Source of the DNA: Flavobacterium selenitireducens
GTDB taxonomy: Bacteria; Bacteroidota; Bacteroidia; Flavobacteriales; Flavobacteriaceae
DNA length: 64,000 nt
Assembly (NCBI RefSeq): GCF_014748335.1
Contig: NZ_JAAVIY010000002.1
Coordinates: 162,840-226,839, forward strand
Direction: 5' to 3'
Shown here: positions 53,388 through 62,300 of the stretch, piece after piece
How the letters are laid out: each line of letters begins with the position of its first letter
Numbering within the stretch: the first letter of the stretch is position 1
Made by a program: the position numbers and the translations under genes
Notes under the pieces: generated by a model
Database searches by the model: none
What the model saw: only the letters and a program-made list of their open reading frames with translations
Told to the model about the DNA's origin: nothing

Positions 53388-55195
53388 ATTTCGCCTTTCT
53401 TCTCAAGCTTCTTTTCGAGTTCGGCCTGGAACTCTTCCAAGACAGGTCTCACGGTGCTGTCTGGTAAATCGGCAATTCTGATGTACATCAAACCGTCAAC
53501 CGAATTGTTGAACAAAGGATCGACGTTGAAAGCCACGACTTTCGCGTTTTGCTTGATATATTTCTTAATGAGCACAGGCAAGCGCAAGTTCCCCGGCTCG
53601 ACTTCATCGATGATCTTGTCGAACTTGTTGAGGTCGGCTTCAGCCTCGTTAAATACGAAATCCTTGTCGGCATCCTTGAGTTTTACCTTGAATTCTTTCT
53701 TAGGAGAAATATATTGGGCCACGTAAGGGTCGTAATAGTGCGACTTCATGAATTCGATCATCAGCGATTTCGAGAAATTCGAAAACTGGTTCGAAATACT
53801 CACGCCTCCAATGAGGAATTTGTTCTCAGGATAACGCAATGTCGTGTGCACGATGCCTTTCCACAACAAGAAAAGCGGCATTGGCTTTTGTTGGTATTCC
53901 GATGTGATGAACGCGCGTCCCATTTCGATCGACTGGCTCATCATCGGGAACAATTCCGGCTCAAACCGAAAAAGTTCATGCAGGTAAAACCCGTCAATTC
54001 CGTATTTCGGATAAATTTCGTTACCCAATCCCATGCGATAGGCACCGGCGATGCGCTTGGCTTCGTCGTCCCACAAAAACATGTGGTGGTAATATTGATC
54101 GTATCTGTCGAGGTCGATCGATTCGTTCGTGCCTTCTCCGACCTCGCGGAACGTGATTTCGCGCAAGCGGCCGATCTCGTGCAGGACGTTGGGAACTTTC
54201 TCTGCTTCCGTAAAGAACACTTCGTAATTCTTGCTCCTGGTAAAACAAGCGTCGTCGGTTTGGCGCAACATTTCGATCTCTTCAAGAATCTTGTCCTGGT
54301 TGGCCGGAAGTACGATTTGTTTTGGTGGCTTGGCGTTGGCCGACAACAATTTGTTGGCATTCAAAAACGACGGATCGTTCTCAAACGCGTTCGCCAACAT
54401 ATAGGTTTTGGTTCTCAGGAATGTCGTATAATCCTCAAGTGAGGCGTATTCGTTCTGTTCCGCTACCGATATGGGTTTGCCGATGCGCACCTTGATCACG
54501 CGGTTCTTCTGCGTAAGCAATTCCGATGGCAGTTTCGCCGTGCGCAACGTGTCGCTGATTTTAGACAAAAAGTAGAACATCCAGCTGTTTTTGGCGTGGA
54601 AGTAAATCGGTACGACAGGAACCTGGGCTTTGCGGATTACTTTGAGCGCGCCTTCTTCCCACGGTCGGTCGACCATCAATTTATCGTCTTTGAACGTTGA
54701 GACTTCTCCTGCTGGGAACATGCCAAGCGGATGCCCGTCCTTCAGATGGCGGAACGTCTCTTTCAATCCCACGACGCTGGATTTGTCCTTATGCGACTCG
54801 AACGGGTTGACCGGCATGATGTACGGCTTAAGCGGCTCGATGCGATGCAACAGGAAATTGGCGATGATCTTGAAATTCGGCTCGCGGTCGAGCATGAGTT
54901 TCAACAGCAAAATGCCGTCGATCCCGCCAAGCGGATGATTGGAAATCGTGATATAAGGACCTTCTTTCGGCAGGCGTTTGAAGTCTTCTTCAGGAATCTC
55001 GAATTTGATCTGGAATTCGCCGATTATGGAGTTCAGGAAATCGACAACCGGCTCATCTTTATGGCGATTGTAGATTTTTTTCAGGGTAGAAATACGAAGC
55101 ACTTTCATCAGCACCCAGCCGGCAAAAGTCCCCAAAGCCCCGTATTTGTCAGCATTTATCGCACGAGCGATTTCTTTAGCGGTGACGAGCCCCAT
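53384..55195 (-). CDS. Bifunctional acyltransferase, OlsF-like (N-terminal PlsC-type O-acyltransferase plus C-terminal GNAT/OlsB-type N-acyltransferase)
   Basis: The N-terminal half has acyltransferase motifs (ISNHPLGGIDG; GMFPAGEVS). The C-terminal approximately 300 aa resemble the hemolysin-like N-acyltransferases of aminolipid synthesis. The 603-aa length matches the fused OlsF described for Serratia and Flavobacterium. Confidence 0.6.
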   Translation of the reverse strand: MGLVTAKEIARAINADKYGALGTFAGWVLMKVLRISTLKKIYNRHKDEPVVDFLNSIIGEFQIKFEIPEEDFKRLPKEGPYITISNHPLGGIDGILLLKLMLDREPNFKIIANFLLHRIEPLKPYIMPVNPFESHKDKSSVVGLKETFRHLKDGHPLGMFPAGEVSTFKDDKLMVDRPWEEGALKVIRKAQVPVVPIYFHAKNSWMFYFLSKISDTLRTAKLPSELLTQKNRVIKVRIGKPISVAEQNEYASLEDYTTFLRTKTYMLANAFENDPSFLNANKLLSANAKPPKQIVLPANQDKILEEIEMLRQTDDACFTRSKNYEVFFTEAEKVPNVLHEIGRLREITFREVGEGTNESIDLDRYDQYYHHMFLWDDEAKRIAGAYRMGLGNEIYPKYGIDGFYLHELFRFEPELFPMMSQSIEMGRAFITSEYQQKPMPLFLLWKGIVHTTLRYPENKFLIGGVSISNQFSNFSKSLMIEFMKSHYYDPYVAQYISPKKEFKVKLKDADKDFVFNEAEADLNKFDKIIDEVEPGNLRLPVLIKKYIKQNAKVVAFNVDPLFNNSVDGLMYIRIADLPDSTVRPVLEEFQAELEKKLEKKGEI

Positions 55196-55421
55196 TTAGT
55201 TTGGTTTATCGGGCAAAGATAGGAAAATTCAGGTAGGTTAAGTGAACGTTACTCGTGCATTTCTCGCAAAAATTCGACGCTGAAACCGGGTTTGATTGGA
55301 CAATCGGCAAAAATTATTTTGAATGATAAAGTTTGAAATTTAAACGGAGTGACCGTAAATTTGGGCATGCGCGATGACAAGGTCGGCCTCCGCATCGGAA
55401 TTCCAAATCAATTCAACGAAA

Positions 55422-56183
55422 ATGAAAATCATTTCCTACAACGTCAACGGCATCCGCGCCGCCATCAACAAAGGCTTCATCGAGTGGCTCAAAGCGGCAG
55501 ATCCAGACGTTATTTGCCTCCAGGAAACCAAAGCCATGCAGGAGCAAGTTCCGACCCATTTGATAGAAGAAGCCGGGTATCCTTACCATTATTGGTTTTC
55601 GGCCGAAAAGAAAGGCTATTCCGGAGTAGCGATCCTGTCCAAGATAAAGCCCAACCACGTCGCCTTCGGAACCGGGATTCCAAGCATGGACGCCGAAGGC
55701 CGCAACCTGCGCCTCGACTTCGACGATGTTTCCGTGATGAGTTTGTATTTGCCGTCGGGTACGAACATCGCGCGCCTCGACCACAAGTTCCAATACATGG
55801 ACGATTTCCATCACTATATCGACAATCTCAAGCGCGAATTGCCAAGCCTGATCGTCGGAGGTGATTACAACATCTGCCACACGGCCATGGACATTCACGA
55901 CCCGATCCGCAATGCCAACGTTTCCGGCTTTTTGCCGCGCGAACGCCAATGGCTCGGCATGTTTCTCGAATCCGGGTTCATCGATTCGTTCCGCCATTTC
56001 AACAAAGATCCGCACCATTACACCTGGTGGACGTACCGCGCCAACGCCCGGGCCAACAACAAGGGTTGGCGTCTCGATTACCTGCTCGTCACGTGCGAAA
56101 TGGAGCATCGCCTAAAGCGGGCGCTGATCTTGAAAGATGCCCATCATTCGGATCATTGTCCGGTGCTTGTTGAAATCGAGTGA
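55422..56183 (+). CDS. xth: Exodeoxyribonuclease III
   Basis: MKIISYNVNGIRAA...ICLQETK...GDYNICH...SDHCPV is a collinear match to Xth/ExoIII. The start was moved to the MKIISYN Met. Confidence 0.92.
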   Translation: MKIISYNVNGIRAAINKGFIEWLKAADPDVICLQETKAMQEQVPTHLIEEAGYPYHYWFSAEKKGYSGVAILSKIKPNHVAFGTGIPSMDAEGRNLRLDFDDVSVMSLYLPSGTNIARLDHKFQYMDDFHHYIDNLKRELPSLIVGGDYNICHTAMDIHDPIRNANVSGFLPRERQWLGMFLESGFIDSFRHFNKDPHHYTWWTYRANARANNKGWRLDYLLVTCEMEHRLKRALILKDAHHSDHCPVLVEIE

Positions 56184-56461
56184 ATAACTTTTTGGAATGC
56201 CTGACAAGCCGCCAACCGCACTGTTTACTTTTGTAATCAGGAGCCGATCCGGCTTTCCGTTGCCATCTTTTGTCATAAACGCCATTTTTGCGCTGTTTGC
56301 CGCGAGCTTCCGTTGGTCGCTGCCGCAATCAGCCAAAAAACAGCGTTTAGTTCCAAAAGGATGTCCACTGCAATCCGGGCTAATTCCGGGTACAATAAGA
56401 ATTCGCAGTTAATGGTTCAACGTGCCACACCACGCCAACCTTAAACTTTAAACCAAAAAAC

Positions 56462-57421
56462 ATGACCAAAAGAATTTCCGTAGCGCTTCTTATCGCGATA
56501 CTTTCAACTTCCTGCGTGTCCAAAAAACTGTACACGGAACTCGAAGACAAATACGCCAAGCTAAAAAAGGAGAACCGCACGCTTGCTGACACGAACGACA
56601 ATCTGACGAAAGAAAAGAATCAGCTCGACCTTGACTACAAAGCGCTTCAGGACGAACTCGCCAAAACCAGATCGGAACGCGACAAATTGCAGAACGACTA
56701 CACGGCGGCCTCGAATAACCTTAAAAATCTGCAGTCGTCTTATTCAGCGCTGGAGAAAAACAGCAATGATGAGCTGCAAAGCAACATGACCAAAAACCGG
56801 GAATTGTTGGCCAAACTCGAAGCAAAAGAGAAAGCGCTGGCCGCAGAACAGGCACGTCTCGACAAACTCAAGGCAGACCTTCAATCGAGCTCGCAACGCC
56901 TTGCGGAGCTTGAAAACATGATGGCGCAGAAAGACGCCGCGATGAGAAAACTGAAGGAAACCCTCTCCAAGGCGCTCAACAGCTTTGAAGGGAAAGGGTT
57001 GACCGTCGAACAAAAGAACGGAAAGGTTTACGTCTCGATGGAAAACAAGTTGCTGTTCGGTTCAGGAAGCTGGGCAGTTGGAACAGAAGGTCGCCGCGCC
57101 GTTACCGAAGTAGGAAAAGTACTCGGCGACAATCCGGACATCACCGTTCAAATCGAAGGCCATACAGATGACGTCAAGTACCAAGGTTCCGGCCAGATCG
57201 CCGACAACTGGGATTTGTCTACGAAGCGCGCAACGGCGATCGTCCAGATCTTGCTGGAGAACAAAAACATCAACGCGACCAATATTACGGCGGCCGGTCG
57301 AAGCCAATTTTCACCAATTGCGCCAAACGAAACTGCCGAAGGCAAAGCGAAGAACAGAAGGATCGAAATCATCCTGACTCCAAAACTCGACGAGATATCC
57401 AAAATGCTCAACGAGATATAA
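56462..57421 (+). CDS. OmpA-family lipoprotein with N-terminal coiled coil
   Basis: Lipobox LSTSCVSK. An approximately 150-aa heptad-rich region is followed by a C-terminal OmpA-like peptidoglycan-binding domain (EGHTDDV...LSTKRA). Confidence 0.85.
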   Translation: MTKRISVALLIAILSTSCVSKKLYTELEDKYAKLKKENRTLADTNDNLTKEKNQLDLDYKALQDELAKTRSERDKLQNDYTAASNNLKNLQSSYSALEKNSNDELQSNMTKNRELLAKLEAKEKALAAEQARLDKLKADLQSSSQRLAELENMMAQKDAAMRKLKETLSKALNSFEGKGLTVEQKNGKVYVSMENKLLFGSGSWAVGTEGRRAVTEVGKVLGDNPDITVQIEGHTDDVKYQGSGQIADNWDLSTKRATAIVQILLENKNINATNITAAGRSQFSPIAPNETAEGKAKNRRIEIILTPKLDEISKMLNEI

Positions 57422-57442
57422 CCAATAGAAATGAAAATGAAA

Positions 57443-57470
57443 AAGGTTCCCGATGAGGAACCTTTTTTTG
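57443..57470. terminator. Bidirectional rho-independent terminator
   Basis: AAAGGTTCCcgatgaGGAACCTTTTTTTG between convergent genes. Confidence 0.65.
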
Positions 57471-57472
57471 TT

Positions 57473-58855
57473 TTAGTCTACTGCAAGTTTGGTTTTGTAC
57501 GTGTTGCCTTGTCCATCCTCGAGCCAAACCATATAGACGCCGCGGGCAAGGTCTCCGGTCACGAAATGGCCGCCCATCGTATTTTCTATGGTTTGCTCTA
57601 CGACCACTTTACCGGTATTTTCATAGATCCGGAATTGAGCCGGATAGGGAATATTAGGTGCGTCGAGAAACACTTCGCCGTCGGTCGGATTCGGGAACAG
57701 TCGCAATCCATGTCGCGCAAAGTCGTCGGTTGCGAGCGATGAGTCGGTAATTTTGTAGATCGTTCCGCCGCCATTTACATAGAGTTCACCTTCAAAATCT
57801 TCTCCAAACGTCGTTACCGAACCTGCGAAACTGAGGTTGTTCGTCCAGGTAATGCTGTTGCCGCCGGGCGCAATCCATCCGAGTTCGCTGATGCAAAAAT
57901 CCGAAAAGAAATAGCGACCTTCAAAATTCGGATAATCCATTCCGCGGTAGACGTAGCCGCCCGTCACCGAACATCCGCCGGTAGCGTTTTGTACATATTG
58001 CGTCAACGGCATCGTCATCGTACCGATAGCACCACATCCCGCAGTGTTGTAAGGGACATTGCCTTCGTAACATCTCCATCCGAGATTGAGTCCGGGAGTT
58101 AGAGGCGCGGTCAGGTGATTGATTTCTTCAATGTTTTCCTGTCCGACATCGCCTATCCACAAATCGCCATTGTCGCGGTCAAACGACCATTTCCAGGGAT
58201 TTCTCAAACCAATATGGAAAATTTCGTCATTTCCGGCCACTCCAACGTAAGGATTGGTCGCGGGAATTCCGTATGGCGCGGTTCCGTCTACGTCGATGCG
58301 CAACAATTTGCCGAGATTCTGGGTGATGTTTTGGGCGTTGTTGTTTTGGTCGCCCCCACCGCCGCCGTCTCCGGTTCCGATGTAGAGATAGCCGTCAGGG
58401 CCAAACCGCAACGAGCCGCCATTGTGGTTCGCTGCTCCGGGATGTGGGATGGTAAGCAACGGTGTCCCGCTGTTTGCGTTGGCTACATCAGGGTTTCCAC
58501 TTACGGAATAACGCGAAACGACCAATGCGCCGTCTCCGGCCCTTGTGTAGAACACGTAGAAGAATCCGTTAGTGTTGTAGTTCGGGTGAAACGCCAGTCC
58601 CAAAAGACCGCGCTCATTTCCAGTAGCGATCGTCGAATTGGTAAGCGTAAGGAAGTTGGCAGGATTGATGGCACCTGTTGCCGAATTTACGATGCGTATG
58701 GCTCCACCTTGCTGGACGACGAACAATCGGGCATCACCCGCATTTTCGATTGCGACGGGAGAGTCGAATCCGGAGGCAAGGCTTTGAAGCGCGATTGTCT
58801 GTGCAAACGACGCAAAACTTGCCATTACTAACATAAAAAATAAAGGTGTTTTCAT
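57473..58855 (-). CDS. Soluble PQQ-type glucose/sorbosone dehydrogenase-like beta-propeller with type-A T9SS sorting domain
   Basis: Signal peptide. GSDH-family blocks are present (ERGLLGLAFHP, HNGGSLRFGPDGYLYIGTGDGG). The C-terminal approximately 80 aa (RLFPNPTDGEVFLD...GVYMVWL) fit the T9SS C-terminal domain. Confidence 0.85.
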   Translation of the reverse strand: MKTPLFFMLVMASFASFAQTIALQSLASGFDSPVAIENAGDARLFVVQQGGAIRIVNSATGAINPANFLTLTNSTIATGNERGLLGLAFHPNYNTNGFFYVFYTRAGDGALVVSRYSVSGNPDVANANSGTPLLTIPHPGAANHNGGSLRFGPDGYLYIGTGDGGGGGDQNNNAQNITQNLGKLLRIDVDGTAPYGIPATNPYVGVAGNDEIFHIGLRNPWKWSFDRDNGDLWIGDVGQENIEEINHLTAPLTPGLNLGWRCYEGNVPYNTAGCGAIGTMTMPLTQYVQNATGGCSVTGGYVYRGMDYPNFEGRYFFSDFCISELGWIAPGGNSITWTNNLSFAGSVTTFGEDFEGELYVNGGGTIYKITDSSLATDDFARHGLRLFPNPTDGEVFLDAPNIPYPAQFRIYENTGKVVVEQTIENTMGGHFVTGDLARGVYMVWLEDGQGNTYKTKLAVD

Positions 58856-59309
58856 GACTTGTGTTTTTAGGTTGGAACTAAGTTACTATTTCAGAACTGT
58901 TTACTGTATAAGCGTGATGATGAAACCTTACATAATTTGTTGCTTACCAAGTGATTATTCGCAAAATGTCATTTTTTTCATTATTAATTGTCGATTAAGT
59001 GACATATTTTATCGACGAAATACATTGTGTTTTGTAGGTTTTTTCGTTATAATATCCAATTATTGAAATACGATGCAAAATTTTTGTGTTCGTCGGATGC
59101 CCTTGTTTACAGGGATTCTCGGCCCTTCACAACAGCGAAAACGTTTTCGTTACGATTGTAAGAAAAACAATATGTGTTAAAAAAACTTGTGCATTTCATC
59201 GATGATTTTATACATTTGGTCGATGATTTGAAAATTTCATTTGCAAAACAAAAACCACAACAAACATTTGGACGTAAGGATTTGGGCCTTACCATTTCAA
59301 CCTCAATCT

Positions 59310-62300
59310 ATGAAAACAAACTACTCTAAGGAAAACTCTGCCGAAAAAATACTTTGGGTGCTTTTAGGAGTTATGATCTTTCTTTTCGTCTTCGCCGCCA
59401 AAGCGCAATGTCCGGGCTCACCTCCAGGAAATCCAGCGTTTTATCCTGCCGATTCATGGCGGGGCTACGTATATTCAGGGCTCGACACGAACAATCCTCC
59501 GCAAAACGCGTTTCAGGCTTCGACTTATCGCGGCTATGTAACGCAGTCTGAGCAATTCGACTGGGATCTCGTCAACGCCGCACCAACGGCTTCGACCGTC
59601 TGCGGCAGTTACCCGGATTCGTTTTCAATTCGGTATCGGATGCGGAAAAATTTCGCCTCGGGATATTATCTTGTAACGATAGGAGGTGACGACGGCGTCC
59701 GTCTAAGTATTGATGGCGGTTCAACATGGGTTATGTCCGACTGGAATTACCATAGTTACCAGACAACGACAGCCACTATTTACCTCAATGGCTCAACCGA
59801 TATGGTCTTGGAAAGCTACGACCAAGGCGGACAATATCACGTCAGCTTTTCGTACTCGCTATGCCCGAATCCGTCGACGGCACCAACTGCTATCACTGGT
59901 ACGACTGCAATCTGTGCCGGAAATTCCACCACGCTTTTCGCTACCGGCGGAAACATATCAACAAACGGTGTCTACCAATGGGGAACAGGAACGGTTGGCA
60001 ATAACGTCATCGCCGGCGCGACCGGGTCTTCGATAACTGTCAGTCCGGCTACGACTACGACTTATTGGGTCAGGAGGATAGATCCGGCTCCGTGCACGGT
60101 TACAACTACTGCTGTAAGCCAACAAGTTACAGTTACGGCTGCTTCGACGGCTCCGACGTCCATTTCTGGCAATACCACCATTTGTTTGAACAACAGTACG
60201 ACGCTCACCGCGACTGGCGGAACGCATGCCCCGGGATCGGTTTATGAATGGGGAACCGGCTCTGTCATTGGGTCGAACACGATTTCGGGAGAGTCCGGAG
60301 CTTCCATAACTGTCAGTCCGAATACGACCACGACGTATTGGGTAAGACGTATCAATGCCGGAAATTGCGGCCGAACAACTGCGGTTACAGTTAACGTTAA
60401 CGTAGTGCCACCGGCGGGCGATCAGGTTTCATACGGAAATAACGCCTGGACCGGCTACGTTTATTCTACCATCAACGGGAATAACCCGCCAACCAATGCG
60501 TTTACCTCTACGTATCGCGGCTACATTACCCAGCCGGAGCAATTCGACATGAACCTTGGTGCGGCAGCTTTGACAGGGGCAAATCTTTGCGAGGCGCAAC
60601 CCAGCAATTTTGCGATCCGGTTCAAGATGAACAAGGTCTGGATGGCCGGGTATTATACCTTTACCGTTGGTGGAGACGACGGCTATCGCTTCAGTATGGA
60701 CGGTGGCGCAACCTGGGTCTTGTCTAATTGGGCGGACCATTCGTATCAATCGTCCCAAACCGCTTCGATTTTCCTTAGCGGAAGCCGGGATTTCGTCATC
60801 GAATTTTACGAGAGAAACGGAGACACACGCGTCACATTCAGTTATGTCGCTTGCACGAATTACTCGACGGCCCCAACCTCGATTTCAGGAAGTCCCTCAT
60901 TGTGCAACACAGACGGCGGCGTCACGTTGAACGCTGTCGGAGGAAATGCGGCCAATGGAGTACAGTACGTTTGGGGAACCGGCAACGTTATCGGAAATAA
61001 CATCTTCAACAACAACGGAGGGCAAAGCATTTACGTCAACCCGAACACGACCACAACTTATTGGGTCAGGAGATACGACCCAACCTGCAACCTCTACACA
61101 GATGGCGTAACGGCTGTCGTCTATAAAGGCTCAACCGGGCCGTGGAGCATTTCAGGAGCAGGAACGGTCTGTGCCAATACCACCACCACGCTTACCGCTC
61201 AGGGCGGAACACCCGGGACAGGAAGCGTTTACCAATGGGGAACGGGCAATACGCCAGGCCAGAATGTGATCGCGGGAGCCACGGGCGCTACGGTAAACGT
61301 CAGTCCTGCTGCCACGACAACGTACTGGGTACGCCTCGTTGACCAGGGAACATGTCCTGGGACGAACGCTGTTTTCTATACCTTGAACACATATGTTGCG
61401 CCAACCGCTCCGACCTCCATTACGGGAACATCGCCAATTTGCGCGGGAGCAGGCGGAACGACTTTATACGCGCAAGGTGCGACGCTCGGCAGCAACGGCC
61501 AATATCAATGGGGAACGGGAGCAACCGTAGGCAGTAATGCAATCGGCGGCGTTACGAGCAACAATATGTATATCAACCCGACTGCGACCACTACCTATTG
61601 GGTGCGCGCTTACGATCCGGTTTGTAACCGATATACAACAGGTGTGACCTATTCCGTGACGGTCGCTACGCCTTCTACAACTCCTACGACCCTGACGGCT
61701 TCGAGCACGAACGTTTGCAGCGGTGCGAACGTCACGTTGACGGCCTCAGGCGGTACGGTCGGAACGGGATCGGTTTACAATTGGGGAACAGGATATACCG
61801 TCGGCCAGAATGTGATTTCGGGCCAAACCGGGGCTTCCATTGTCGTAAATCCGACGGTTCAAACCGTATATTGGGTCAGAAGAGTAGATCCGGCTCCGTG
61901 CAACACACAAACCCAAGGTCCGACGATCGTCATCAATGTAACGACACTATCGTCAGGCCCAACCTCGCTTTCCGCAACCTCGCCCGTGTGTTCCGCAACA
62001 CAGACAACGCTAACGGCATCGGGAGCCACGTTGGGAAGCAACGGCCAATACCAATTCGGCACGGGAAATACTCCCGGAAACAATGTCATCAGCACCCAAA
62101 ACGGGAATACCTTTAATGTCAATCCGACCATCACGACGACGTATTGGGTGCGCACCATTGACAACGGTTGCGCGACGACGTCAGCTGCAGTGTTTTTCAC
62201 CGTTACCGTCCACACGGCGTCCACAAACGTAACGAGCGTAACGGGCCTTAACACGATCTGTCTCGGCTCGAGTACCACGCTTACCGCAAACGGAGGCGCC

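Noticed and set aside
55349-55864. 171-aa Arg/Pro-rich ORF overlapping xth in another frame.
   Set aside because: The xth frame aligns collinearly with exonuclease III. The alternative frame is low-complexity.
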